A stretch of DNA of 64,000 nucleotides from Planctomycetota bacterium. GTDB lineage: Bacteria > Planctomycetota > B15-G4. Under the pieces are notes generated by a model. That model was given only the letters and a program-made list of their open reading frames with translations, did no database searches and was not told the DNA's origin. Below are positions 32,049-41,781 of this stretch, one piece after another (within the stretch, counting starts at the first letter, position 1; each line of letters starts with the position of its first letter). The stretch lies in assembly GCA_038212275.1 (NCBI GenBank), contig JBBQUR010000001.1, positions 32,001-96,000 of the forward strand. Reading direction: 5' to 3'. The position numbers and the translations under genes were made by a program.

Positions 32049-33023
32049 ATGATCAAGCACAGTCGAGCGATCGAAGGCCTTGCCGTGGCGCTGGCCACGC
32101 CGTTCACGCCGAGCGGCACCATCGACCTGCCGGCCTTCCGGCGGCTCGTGCGGCACGTCGTCGCAGGCGGCGTGGACGTGCTCGTGCCGCTGGGCTCCAC
32201 GGGAGAAGCCGCGACGCTGCGCGAGGCGGAGCGCGACGCGCTGCTCGTCGCCTGCGTGGAGGAGGCCGGCGGCAAGCCGGTGCTCGCCGGCACCGGCAGC
32301 AATGCGACGGCGCAGGCCGCCGCGTGGACGGCGCGCGCGCAGGAACTCGGCGCGTCGGCAGCGCTCGTCGTCACGCCCTACTACAACAAGCCGACGACCG
32401 GTGGCCTCGTGGCGCACTACGAAGCCGTCGCCGCCGCCGCGCCGGGGCTGCCGATCGTGGTCTACAACGTGCCGGGCCGCACCGGCAGCAACCTGACGCC
32501 GGCGCAGCTCGCGCGGCTCTGGGAGCATCCGCAGATCGTCGCGGTGAAGGAATCCTCGGGAAGTCTCACGCAGATCGGCCAGATCCTCGCGGAGCTGCCG
32601 CCGGGCAAGCGCCTGCTGTCGGGTGACGACAATCTCGCGCTCGCGACCATCGCGCAGGGCGGCGCCGGTCTCGTCTCCGTGACCGGCAATCTGCTTCCCG
32701 CTCCCATGGCGGCGCTCGTCGCGCACGCGCGTGCCGGCCGGATGGACGAGGCGCGCGCGCTGCACGTCGCGCTGCTGCCGGTGATGGATGCCTTGTTCGC
32801 TGAGAGCAACCCGATTCCGCTCAAGGCCGGCCTGGCACTGCTCGGCCTGTCCGGCGACGGCCTGCGGCTGCCGCTCACCACGCCGCTCCCGGCGAGCCGC
32901 GCGCGGCTCGCCGCGGCGCTCATCGATGCGGCGCGCGAGCTCGAGAGCGGCGCGCCTCCGGCCATGTCGGCTGCGCTGCCGGCTGCGCTGCGTGCGCGGC
33001 TGTCCGAAGCGGTGACCGCATGA
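32049..33023 (+). CDS. dapA: 4-hydroxy-tetrahydrodipicolinate synthase
   Basis: GGGAGG RBS; TPF, GSTGE, TPYYNKP, YNVPGRT, VKE, SGDD, NPIPLK. Confidence 0.95.
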   Translation: MIKHSRAIEGLAVALATPFTPSGTIDLPAFRRLVRHVVAGGVDVLVPLGSTGEAATLREAERDALLVACVEEAGGKPVLAGTGSNATAQAAAWTARAQELGASAALVVTPYYNKPTTGGLVAHYEAVAAAAPGLPIVVYNVPGRTGSNLTPAQLARLWEHPQIVAVKESSGSLTQIGQILAELPPGKRLLSGDDNLALATIAQGGAGLVSVTGNLLPAPMAALVAHARAGRMDEARALHVALLPVMDALFAESNPIPLKAGLALLGLSGDGLRLPLTTPLPASRARLAAALIDAARELESGAPPAMSAALPAALRARLSEAVTA

Positions 33024-33045
33024 TCCCGCGCCGGCAGGACGCCGC

Positions 33046-33864
33046 ATGACGCCCGAGGAACTGAACGGTTTCTACGAGCGTGAAGCGGCCGTCGTGCTCG
33101 CCGACCCGGCGTGGGAAACGGCGCATGCGGCGCTGCTCGAGGCGCTCGAATCGGGCCGGGTGCGCGCAGCCGAGCGCCGCGACGACGGCGCGTGGGTGGC
33201 GGTGGGGTGGGTCAAGCAGGCCATCCTCGTCGGCTTCCGGCGCAGCGGCCTCATCGAGCTGCCCGGCGTCGGCGGAAGCTCCAGTTTCGACAAGACGGCG
33301 TTTCCGCCGCGCATGCTCACGCTGCACGACGACGTGCGCCTCGTGCCCGGCGGCAGCGCGGTGCGGCGCGGCGCGCATCTCGGCGCGGGCGTGGTGCTCA
33401 TGCCGCCGGCCTACGTGAACGTCGGCGCCTTCGTCGGCGAGGGCACGATGGTGGACAGCCACGCGCTCGTAGGAAGTTGCGCGCAGATCGGCGCGCGCGT
33501 GCACCTCTCGGCGGCGGCGCAGGTGGGCGGCGTGCTCGAGCCCGTCGGCGCGTTGCCGGTGGTCGTCGAGGACGATGCCTTCATCGGAGGGCTGGCGGGG
33601 CTGTTCGAGGGCATCGTGGTCCGCAAGCGCGCCGTCATCGCCGCGGGCGTGGTGCTCACGGGCAGCACCGAGATCCACGACCTCATCAAGCATCGCACGT
33701 GGCGCCGCGAGGTCCCCGAGGGCGCGGTCGTCGTGCCGGGCTCCCGCGCTGCGGCCGGAGCGTGGGCCGTGGAGCATGGTCTGCAGATCAGCGCGCCGCT
33801 CATCGTGAAGTATCGCGACGCCCGCACCGACGCGCGCACCGTGCTCGAGGACGCGCTGCGGTGA
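33046..33864 (+). CDS. dapD: Tetrahydrodipicolinate N-succinyltransferase
   Basis: WVKQAIL..F, FDK, RLVPG, YVNVGA, GSCAQIG..VHLS, GGVLEP, VVVPG. Confidence 0.93.
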   Translation: MTPEELNGFYEREAAVVLADPAWETAHAALLEALESGRVRAAERRDDGAWVAVGWVKQAILVGFRRSGLIELPGVGGSSSFDKTAFPPRMLTLHDDVRLVPGGSAVRRGAHLGAGVVLMPPAYVNVGAFVGEGTMVDSHALVGSCAQIGARVHLSAAAQVGGVLEPVGALPVVVEDDAFIGGLAGLFEGIVVRKRAVIAAGVVLTGSTEIHDLIKHRTWRREVPEGAVVVPGSRAAAGAWAVEHGLQISAPLIVKYRDARTDARTVLEDALR

Positions 33865-35243
33865 GCGCCGCGGCGCGCTCCCGTCCGCCGGGCGCGGACC
33901 GGCTGCCGCCGAGCGGCCCTGCGGCGGAGACTCTCTTCGCGTTCACGCCGGAGCAGGCCGCGGCTCTTGCTGCGCGACACGGCACTCCATGCTTCGTCTA
34001 CGACGTGCGGCGTGCGGAGGACGCCTACCGCCGGCTCTCCGCCGCGTTGCCGCCGCGCGTCGCGCTGGCCTTCGCCGTGAAAGCCAACCCGCATCCCGAG
34101 CTGCTCTCGCACCTCGCGGCGCTCGGGGCGCGCTTCGACTGCGCATCGGCCGGCGAACTGCGGCGCGCGGCCACGGCGCTCGCTGCGCGGCCTGCCTCCG
34201 CGGGAAGCCCGCCGCAACTGCTCTACGCCGGGCCGGGCAAGCGTGACAGCGAACTGGCCCTTGCGCTGGCGCTCGGTGCCCGCGTGCAGGCCGAGGGCTG
34301 GGAAGATCTGGCGCGGCTGTCCGCGCTGGCGAGCGGTGCGCCCCTGGCCGTGAACCTGCGCGTGCATCCTCGCCTCGCTCCGTCCGAGGAGCGCTCGCTG
34401 CTCGGCGGCACCGGACCGTCGGCCTTCGGCGTGGACGAAGAGGACGTGCCCGCGCTGCTCCCGCGCGTGGCCGCGCTGTCCGGCGTACGCGTGACGGGCC
34501 TGCACGTCTTCGCGGCGACGAATCAGCGCGATGCCTCCGCGTTGCTCGTTGCGTGGGAGCACGTCTTCCGGCTCGGGCAGTCGCTGCAGCACGAGCATGG
34601 GCTCCAGCTCGAGCAGATCGATCTCGGCGGGGGGCTTGGCGTGCCGTACGCGGCCGGCGAGGCGCCGCTCGATGTCCGCGCGCTCGGGGCAGGCCTGTCG
34701 GCATTGCTCGAGCGGCACAAGTGGTTCACGGGCGAGGTCCTGCTCGAACCGGGCCGCTATCTCGCGGCGAGCTGCGGCGACTACCTCGTGAAGGTCGTGC
34801 GCACCAAGCACAGCCGAGGCACGCGCTTCGCCATCCTCGAGGGTGGCATCAATCATCTCCTGCGGCCGATGCTCACCGGGCAAGCCTTCCCGGTGCGGTG
34901 CGTGCTGCGCCCGGACGCGGCGCGCGCGGCGCGTGTGGCGCGCGCGGCGGGCGCAACGGACGCGAAGGGGCACGAGGCCTGTGCCGAGGTCGCCGGCCCT
35001 GCAGTCGAGGCAGCCGACGAGACAGACGAGGCCGGCAGGGGACCGCTTCACAAGACCGCTCTCGCCGGTCCGCTCTGCACGGCTCTCGACCGGTTGGGCG
35101 AGGTGCTGCTGCCGGAACTCCTGCCCGGTGACGTGCTGGATTTCGGCATGGTCGGCGCGTACGGAGCGACCGAGGCGATGAGCGACTTCCTCAGCCATCC
35201 GCGCCCTCCGGAAATCTGGGTCGACCCGTCGGCGCCCGGGTGA
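33861..35243 (+). CDS. Group IV PLP-dependent decarboxylase (LysA position, non-canonical subfamily)
   Basis: FAVKANP, GPGK, DLGGG, EPGRY, GPLCT..D, GAYG; ends in DFLSHP rather than the LysA-type SNYN. Confidence 0.85.
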   Translation: MSAAARSRPPGADRLPPSGPAAETLFAFTPEQAAALAARHGTPCFVYDVRRAEDAYRRLSAALPPRVALAFAVKANPHPELLSHLAALGARFDCASAGELRRAATALAARPASAGSPPQLLYAGPGKRDSELALALALGARVQAEGWEDLARLSALASGAPLAVNLRVHPRLAPSEERSLLGGTGPSAFGVDEEDVPALLPRVAALSGVRVTGLHVFAATNQRDASALLVAWEHVFRLGQSLQHEHGLQLEQIDLGGGLGVPYAAGEAPLDVRALGAGLSALLERHKWFTGEVLLEPGRYLAASCGDYLVKVVRTKHSRGTRFAILEGGINHLLRPMLTGQAFPVRCVLRPDAARAARVARAAGATDAKGHEACAEVAGPAVEAADETDEAGRGPLHKTALAGPLCTALDRLGEVLLPELLPGDVLDFGMVGAYGATEAMSDFLSHPRPPEIWVDPSAPG

Positions 35244-35351
35244 GCGCGGGCAGCTGCGAACGGCCGCGGGCGCGCGCTTGCGAAGTTCAGCCCCATGATG
35301 GAAGGCACGCCGGAGATCCAGGCTGCGATCCGGCCGGCGCCCGGCGCGCCG

Positions 35352-35405
35352 TTGCGGGTTCCGCGACGGGTCGCGATAGTGTGCGGACGGACTCATCCGT
35401 CCGCA
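35352..35405 (+). promoter_or_regulatory. Promoter TTGCGG-N17-GATAGT followed by a perfect palindromic operator
   Basis: TGCGGACGGA-CTCA-TCCGTCCGCA at 35382-35405, directly upstream of a TetR gene. Confidence 0.65.
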
Positions 35406-35425
35406 TTCCCCGGAGCGCACAGGCC

Positions 35426-36241
35426 GTGACTCGCAAGGACTCCAGGGCCGCTGGCACGAAGAGCGGCGCTTCGCGGCGCGCAGCGGGGCGCGACGGGCAA
35501 CGGACAAGCCGCGCGCCGGCGCCGCGCCGCGGCCGAGCGGCGCCTGATCGCACGGAGGAAATCCTCGCGCTGGCCGCCGCCGTCTTCGCGAAGCAGGGTT
35601 TCAGCAGCACGGATCTGCAGGACATCGCCGATGGCCTGGGCATCGGAAAGGCCAGCCTTTACCGCCGCTTCCCCTCGAAGGGCGCGCTGTTTCTCGCCAC
35701 GGTGGACCGCGTGATGCTGCAGCTGCGCGCGGCGGTGGAGGCCGCCGTGGACCCGGCTGCGGATGCGCTCGAGCAGATCGCGGCGGCCGTGCGCGAATAC
35801 CTCGCCTTCTTCGACTCGCATCCGCACTACGTCGAGCTGCTCATCCAGGAGCGCGCCGACTTCAAGCATCGCAAGCAGCCGACGTACTTTGTGCACCGGC
35901 GCAACGCGATCCAGCGCTGGACCACGCTCTACGAGCGGCTCATGGACGAGGGCCGCGTGCGCCGCATGCCCGTCGAGCGCATCACCGACGTCCTGAGCAG
36001 CGCCGTCTACGGGACGATGTTCACCAACTTCTTCGCCGGGCGCTCCAAGTCGCACGAGCGGCAGGCCAGCGACCTGCTCGAGGTCGTCTTCCACGGCATC
36101 CTCGCGCCCGGTGCGCGCGGACTGCCGGACGTCCCCGCACCTCGTGCAAAGCGCGCCGAGGGACGGGCCGACGTGCCGGTCCGGGAAGCGGCGACGGCAG
36201 GCGGCGTGGCGGGACGTGCGCGCCGCAAGCGTCGCCCCTGA
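35426..36241 (+). CDS. TetR/AcrR-family regulator (start uncertain)
   Basis: EILALAAAVFAKQGF..T.LQDIADGLGIGKASLYRRFPSK.ALF. Confidence 0.9.
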   Translation: MTRKDSRAAGTKSGASRRAAGRDGQRTSRAPAPRRGRAAPDRTEEILALAAAVFAKQGFSSTDLQDIADGLGIGKASLYRRFPSKGALFLATVDRVMLQLRAAVEAAVDPAADALEQIAAAVREYLAFFDSHPHYVELLIQERADFKHRKQPTYFVHRRNAIQRWTTLYERLMDEGRVRRMPVERITDVLSSAVYGTMFTNFFAGRSKSHERQASDLLEVVFHGILAPGARGLPDVPAPRAKRAEGRADVPVREAATAGGVAGRARRKRRP

Positions 36242-36406
36242 GGCGTTCATGCGCATGCGTCTGCGTGCCTCGGGCCCGACTCGGGTCGCGGCGCCGCGGC
36301 CTGGCGGGCGATCACGCGGGGCGAGCAGTCCTCGCGCGATTTCGTCGCCGCGAGCGACTACGATCGCGAGCCTCATGGCCAGTCCCCGGAGCGCGCGCAC
36401 GCAGAC

Positions 36407-39307
36407 ATGATCGTCGACCTGGGCGACAGCTCTGCCGACACGCTGCCCGAGGTGGACCTGTGCATCATCGGCACGGGGCCGGCTGGGACGACGCTCGCGG
36501 CCGAACTGGCCGGCTGCGGCCTGCGCATCGCCGTGCTGGAGAGCGGCCGTCGCGCGACCAGCGCGCAGGCCGACGCGTTGCGCCGCGTGATCAGCGAGGG
36601 CATCACGATCAAGGACTACTCGCGCGAGCGGGTGCTCGGCGGCGCCTCCACGACCTGGGCCGGCCTTTCGGCGCCGCTCGACCCGATCGACATGGAAGCG
36701 CGCCCCTTCCTGCGTGGCGCGGGCCGCAAGGGCTGGCCGATCACGCACGCGTCGCTGCTCCCGTACTGGGAGGCCGCGGCGCAGCGCTACCGCTTCGCGC
36801 CACTGCTCATGTACGGCGCCGACGGCTTCGGCGCGCTCAAGGATCGCGGCGACATGGCCCTGGCGTGGCGCGAGGTGCAGGAGAAGATCTTCCTCGCCTG
36901 CAGTGATCCGCAGGATTTCGGCCGCGAATGGCGCCATGTCTTCGAGTCGGACGGGACGACGCTCTACCTCGACGCGACGGTCCTGCGCCTCGCGGCCTCA
37001 GGCACCGCGACGCCGAGTGCGGGCGCCGGAGCCGGAGCCGGAGCGGGAGCGGGAGCGAGCGCGGGCGCCGGAGCGGGAGCGGGAGCGGGAGCGGGAGCAG
37101 CGGCCGGGTCCGACGGCCGTCGGCGCGTGACGCATGCGGAGCTGGTCACCGGCGCGGGGCGCACGCTCTCGCTGCGCGCGCGGGTCTTCGTGCTCGCGAC
37201 GGGCGGGCTGGAGAACGCCCGGCTGCTGCTCGCCTCGCGCGACCTGTGCGCCGCGGGCCTTGGCAATGAGCACGACCAGATCGGTCGCGGGCTGATGAAC
37301 CATCCGAAGAACTACCACGGCATCGTGCGCCTCGCGCGGCCGGTGCGCGAGCTGCCCTATCACTTCGGCTGCATGGCGCAGGGCTTTGCGGGTTATGCCG
37401 GGCTGCGCCTGCGCGAGGAACTGCAACGCGAGCGCTGCCTGCTCAACTGCTACGTGCGCTTCGAGCCGCTCTACCCGTGGTCCGACAACCGCGGCGTCGA
37501 GGCGCTGGTCTACCTCGTCAAGCACAGCGGGGGACTCTTCGGCGCCTGGAAGCGGCGGCAGGGCGGCAAGCTCGTGGCGCTGCGCGACTACTCCGAGACC
37601 GGCGACGACAGCGTGCTGCAGAACGAGCGCAAGTCCGCGCTGGACGTGATCGGGCTGTTCGGGACGGTGCTCGGCAACCTGCCGATGGTGCTGCGCTACG
37701 CCTTCTCGCGCACGTTGTCCGGCCGCGCGCCGCCGGTGCGCGCGATCCGCCTGCGCAACTTCATGGAGATGGAACCCGACCCGGAGAACCGCGTGCTGCT
37801 CTCCGCGGAGCGCGATGCCCACGGCGAACCGGTGCCCGTCGTGCGCCATCAGAGCTCGGAGGCTGACCGCCGCTCGCTGCTGGAGTTGCACCGCGTGCTG
37901 GTCCGCGAGTTCGCGGACAACGGACTCGGCACGCTCACGACCACGCTGGAGCGGGAACCGCGCTGGCCCATCGACCAGGACGCGAGCCATCATCTCGGCA
38001 CCACGGCGATGGGGAACGACCCGGCCGCGTCGGCCGTGACGCCGGAGCTGCGCCTGCACGGTGCGGACAACGTCTACTGCGCCGGCGGCTCGGTCTTTCC
38101 GACGAGCGGCTGCGCCAACCCGACCTTCACCATCGTGGCGCTCTCGATCCGCCTCGCGGAACATCTGCGCGGCGCGGTCTTCGCACGAGCGCCGGCAGCC
38201 GTCGAGGCTCGCGGCTCGACGGCCGACCTCTCGGCGCTGGCGCCGCGCTACGCGGGGCCGCTGCCCTGCCTGCGTGTCGCGGTCATCGGCGCGGGCAAGC
38301 GCGTGGCCACGGACGTGCTGCCTGCGCTGTGCGCGCTGCCCGGCCGCTTCGAGATCGACGGAGTGTTCGCGCGCGGCCGTCACGCCGTGCTCTCCGCCGG
38401 CCGCAGCTTTCACAGCGAAGCGCTGTCCTCGCTGACAGCCGAGCGACTCGCGCGCTGCGACCTCGTCTACGTCGCCGTCTCCAAGGACGCGGTGCCCGGC
38501 GTGCTGGCGCGCCTGGGCGCCTGCGACCTCTCGCGCACGGACCTGCTTATCGACACGCCGGTGCTGCTGTTCAAGCACCTCGGTCACCGGCACCGCTTTG
38601 CCGCCTTCCGGCGCGCGTGGGTGGCGGAGGACTGCGCCCGACTGCCGTGGTTCGACACGCTGGCGGCCGCGCGCACGGCCGGCCTGATCGGCGCGCCGAC
38701 GCGGATCGTCTTCCATCGTTCGGCGTGGCGCTACCACGCGCTGGCCATGTTCAGGACGCTGTTTCAGGATGGCGCGTGGCGCTCCGCGCGCAAGCGCAGG
38801 ACCGACGGCGAGGGAGGCGCCAGCCACCGCGTCGAGCTGGCCTTCGCGCACGGCGGTCGCGGCGTGCTGCTCGAACCGCGCGACTACGCTCGCGGACACG
38901 TCGAACTCTCGGACGGGCGCATCGTGGTGACCGATGCGGCGAGCCCTCCGGCCGGAGCGCTGTCGTTGCAGCCCGTGCTGAACGGCCGGCTCTGCACGGG
39001 TTTCCGCGTCGGCGACGTGCAGACCGCGCTGAATCCGGTGGAGAGCGCGTTGCTGGGCGCGTGGCACGCCGGGCAGTCCGTCACGTCGCACATGGAGGAC
39101 TGCAAGCGCGTCGGCCTGCAACGCATGTTGCGGACGATCCACGAGGGCGGTGCGGGCTACCCGCTGCAGGCCGCGCTGGACGACATGCTCGCGGACTACT
39201 TCCTCGAGAAACTCGGGCGCGCCACGCCGCGCGCGCTGTTCAGCCTGGACTCGGCCTCGGGGCGCGCGCTGATCGGCGGCGCCGCGCGTCTGCTGGGCGG
39301 GCGCTGA
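36407..39307 (+). CDS. GMC-family flavin oxidoreductase fused to a Gfo/Idh/MocA-like Rossmann domain
   Basis: IIGTGPAG, LGGASTTWAG, ATGGLENARLLL, HHLGTT.MG, SVFPT...NPT; then VAVIGAGKR, D.VYVAV, LIDTPV, VAED. Confidence 0.8.
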   Translation: MIVDLGDSSADTLPEVDLCIIGTGPAGTTLAAELAGCGLRIAVLESGRRATSAQADALRRVISEGITIKDYSRERVLGGASTTWAGLSAPLDPIDMEARPFLRGAGRKGWPITHASLLPYWEAAAQRYRFAPLLMYGADGFGALKDRGDMALAWREVQEKIFLACSDPQDFGREWRHVFESDGTTLYLDATVLRLAASGTATPSAGAGAGAGAGAGASAGAGAGAGAGAGAAAGSDGRRRVTHAELVTGAGRTLSLRARVFVLATGGLENARLLLASRDLCAAGLGNEHDQIGRGLMNHPKNYHGIVRLARPVRELPYHFGCMAQGFAGYAGLRLREELQRERCLLNCYVRFEPLYPWSDNRGVEALVYLVKHSGGLFGAWKRRQGGKLVALRDYSETGDDSVLQNERKSALDVIGLFGTVLGNLPMVLRYAFSRTLSGRAPPVRAIRLRNFMEMEPDPENRVLLSAERDAHGEPVPVVRHQSSEADRRSLLELHRVLVREFADNGLGTLTTTLEREPRWPIDQDASHHLGTTAMGNDPAASAVTPELRLHGADNVYCAGGSVFPTSGCANPTFTIVALSIRLAEHLRGAVFARAPAAVEARGSTADLSALAPRYAGPLPCLRVAVIGAGKRVATDVLPALCALPGRFEIDGVFARGRHAVLSAGRSFHSEALSSLTAERLARCDLVYVAVSKDAVPGVLARLGACDLSRTDLLIDTPVLLFKHLGHRHRFAAFRRAWVAEDCARLPWFDTLAAARTAGLIGAPTRIVFHRSAWRYHALAMFRTLFQDGAWRSARKRRTDGEGGASHRVELAFAHGGRGVLLEPRDYARGHVELSDGRIVVTDAASPPAGALSLQPVLNGRLCTGFRVGDVQTALNPVESALLGAWHAGQSVTSHMEDCKRVGLQRMLRTIHEGGAGYPLQAALDDMLADYFLEKLGRATPRALFSLDSASGRALIGGAARLLGGR
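37019..37098. repeat. Intragenic hexamer repeat (GCSGGA) encoding an (AG)n loop
   Basis: About 13 Ala-Gly units read directly. Confidence 0.85.
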
Positions 39308-39316
39308 CGTCGCGCC

Positions 39317-40909
39317 ATGAGCATCACGCTCGGCAAGCTGCCCGCCGACGGAGAGCGCTTCGATGTCGTCGTCATCGGGGCCGGCCTCGGCGGGCTCGTG
39401 TCGGGAGCGCTGCTGGCGCGTGCAGGCCGGTCGGTGCTCATGCTGGAGCGTCACACCGTCGCCGGCGGCAATGCGACCGTGTTCCGCCGGCGCGGCTACG
39501 TCTTCGATGTGGGGCTGCACTACGTCGGCGGCTGCGGCGCGGACGGTACGCTGCCACGCATTCTGCGTGCGGCGGGCGCCGAGGGCATCCGCTTCAACGA
39601 GCTGGATCCCGACGGCTACGACGAGCTGGTGCTGCCCGGCCTGCGCTTCGCCATCCCGCGCGGCCGCGACGCCTTTCGCGAGCGCCTGATCGCGACCTTT
39701 CCCGCCGAGCGCGCCGGCATCGATCGCTACGTGCGCCTGCTTGCCGAGCTCGCCCGCGTGCTGCCGCGCCTGCACCGGCCCGTCGCGCTGGGCGCCGCGC
39801 TGCTCGCCTCGCCGTTGCTGCTGCGCTACCGGGGCGCGACCTTCGCACGCTTCCTCGACACCTGCACGTCTGACCCGGCGCTGCGCGCCGTGCTCGGTGC
39901 TCAGCACATCGGCTACGCGCTGCCGCCGAGCCGGGCGTCGGTGCTGGTGGCTGCAGGCATCACCGCGCACTATCTGGAGGGCGCCTACTATCCCCGCGGC
40001 GGCGGACAAGTGCTGTCCGACCGGCTGGCGCAGGCCTTCGCGGACGCGGGCGGCCGGCTGCTGTTGCGCACGTCGGCAGAGCGCATCGACATCGCACGCG
40101 GCCGGGTTGCCGGCGTGCGTCTCATGCGCCACGACGGCGAGGCCGTGACCGTGCGCACCTCCTGCGTGATTTCCAATGCCGATCTGCCCGCCACGCTGGG
40201 TGCGCTGCTGCCCGCCGGGACGCTTTCCGCACGCGCCACGGAGCGCGCCGCGCGCTGGGACATGGCTCCGCCACTGGCCGTGGCATACCTGGGTCTGCGA
40301 ACGGGAAGCGTGCGAAGCGCGCCGGCGCGCAACCTGTGGGTGCAGCCGACGCTGGACGTGGAGGCCGAATACGCCGCGGTGGCGCGCGGCGCGTGGCCGG
40401 TTGCGTCGAGCGCTTTTCTCACAGTCGCTTCCGACAAGGATCCCGACGATGCCGGCAGCGCGCCGCAGGGTCTCAGCAACGTGCAGGTGATGGGGGTCGC
40501 ACCTGCCTCGCCAACTGCGTGGGGCAGCAGCGCCGCCGCAGCGGCAGACGGCAGCTATCGGCGCGAGCCCGCCTACCTCGCCGCGAAGCAGGCGTGTCTG
40601 GCGCGACTGATCGACGCGGCAGGTCTCGCGTGGCAGGACGTGCGCACGCGTGTCGTGCATTCAGAGGTCGCCAGTCCGCTCACGCACAGCCGCTACACGG
40701 GTTCGACCGGCGGCACGTCGTACGGGCTGGCTGCCACGCCCGCTCAATTCCTGCTCGCGCGTCCCGGAGCGCGCTCCAGCGTGCCGGGTCTGTTCCTGTG
40801 CGGCGCGAGTTGCCGCGCCGGACACGGAATCGTCGGCGCGGCAACCTCCGGCGTCTTCGCGGCCGCGGCCGTCGCGGGCGGATCGCTGGCGCGGGATGTG
40901 CTCGGATGA
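39317..40909 (+). CDS. Phytoene-desaturase/retinol-saturase-like FAD oxidoreductase
   Basis: IGAGLGGL, GG....F.R.GY.FDVGLHY, YPRGG, VISNAD, SPLT, GGTSYG, GLFLCG...GHGI. Confidence 0.87.
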   Translation: MSITLGKLPADGERFDVVVIGAGLGGLVSGALLARAGRSVLMLERHTVAGGNATVFRRRGYVFDVGLHYVGGCGADGTLPRILRAAGAEGIRFNELDPDGYDELVLPGLRFAIPRGRDAFRERLIATFPAERAGIDRYVRLLAELARVLPRLHRPVALGAALLASPLLLRYRGATFARFLDTCTSDPALRAVLGAQHIGYALPPSRASVLVAAGITAHYLEGAYYPRGGGQVLSDRLAQAFADAGGRLLLRTSAERIDIARGRVAGVRLMRHDGEAVTVRTSCVISNADLPATLGALLPAGTLSARATERAARWDMAPPLAVAYLGLRTGSVRSAPARNLWVQPTLDVEAEYAAVARGAWPVASSAFLTVASDKDPDDAGSAPQGLSNVQVMGVAPASPTAWGSSAAAAADGSYRREPAYLAAKQACLARLIDAAGLAWQDVRTRVVHSEVASPLTHSRYTGSTGGTSYGLAATPAQFLLARPGARSSVPGLFLCGASCRAGHGIVGAATSGVFAAAAVAGGSLARDVLG

Positions 40910-41781
40910 ACACGCTGCGCGCACGCCTGCTCGTGCTGGCGGCGGTGGTCGCCGTCGCCGTGGCGTCTCTGCTGGATCCGATCGCGCAGGACCCGCGCTA
41001 CCACGCCTTCGCGGATGACCGCGCCGGCGCAGGGCTGCCGAACGTTGCCAACGTGGCAAGCAATCTTCCGTTCGTGCTCGTCGGCGCTCTGGGCCTGTGG
41101 CGCGCGCGCCGCGCCGCGCGCAGTCGCCTGCCGCTGCTGGTGTTCTTCGGGGGCGTGTTCCTCACCGGCTTCGGCTCGGCCTGGTATCACCTCGCGCCGG
41201 ACAATGCGCGCCTGGTCTGGGATCGCCTGCCGCTCGGCGCCTCGTGCATGGCGCTGCTCTGCGTGGTCATCGACCGCCGACTCGGGGTCGTGCCGGCGCG
41301 GCGGCTGCTGGTGCCGTTCGTCCTGTTCGGTCTCGGCAGCGTGGCGTGGTGGGCGTGGGGAGACATGCGCGGTGTCGGCGACCTGCGCGCCTATGGTCTC
41401 GCGCAATTCTTTCCGGTGCTCGGCATCGTGGTGCTGCTGTGGCCGCTCCCGCAGCAGGGCGCACCTGGCGCAGCTGGCGGACCGGCTGCCCGGACTGCCG
41501 GAGTCGCGGGCGATGAAGAGGCAGCCGGTGCAGCGGATGTTTCGGGACGCCCCGACGGGCTGACCGCCATCCTGTGCCGCATGCTCCTCTTCTACGTCGC
41601 GGCCAAACTCGCGGAGCACTGGGATGGCGAGGTGTACGAAGTGGGCCTCGTCGTGAGCGGTCACACGCTGAAGCACCTGTTCGCCGCGGCGGCCGCTGCA
41701 AGCCTGTTGCCGCTGGCGGCGCCGCGAGCCCCGTCGACGGAAGCGCCCGCCGGACTCAGCGCCTCGGCTCGACGTCGGTGA
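40906..41781 (+). CDS. Ceramidase-like (CREST) membrane protein
   Basis: YHAFADDR, NVASN, GSAWYH, WDRLP, GDLR.Y, AK..E..D, SGHTLKH; ATGA overlap. Confidence 0.82.
   Translation: MNTLRARLLVLAAVVAVAVASLLDPIAQDPRYHAFADDRAGAGLPNVANVASNLPFVLVGALGLWRARRAARSRLPLLVFFGGVFLTGFGSAWYHLAPDNARLVWDRLPLGASCMALLCVVIDRRLGVVPARRLLVPFVLFGLGSVAWWAWGDMRGVGDLRAYGLAQFFPVLGIVVLLWPLPQQGAPGAAGGPAARTAGVAGDEEAAGAADVSGRPDGLTAILCRMLLFYVAAKLAEHWDGEVYEVGLVVSGHTLKHLFAAAAAASLLPLAAPRAPSTEAPAGLSASARRR

Noticed and set aside
39305..39319. In-frame TGA between the GMC fusion and the desaturase-like gene as Sec read-through
   Set aside because: It lies between complete domains, and the downstream gene has its own ATG and N-terminal FAD motif.
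36998..40660. Very long antisense or alternate-frame ORFs (e.g. 36998-40660, 47015-50068, 43329-46286, 871-2559)
   Set aside because: Shadows of high-GC genes: Arg/Ala-rich, no motifs, fully overlapping well-supported genes.
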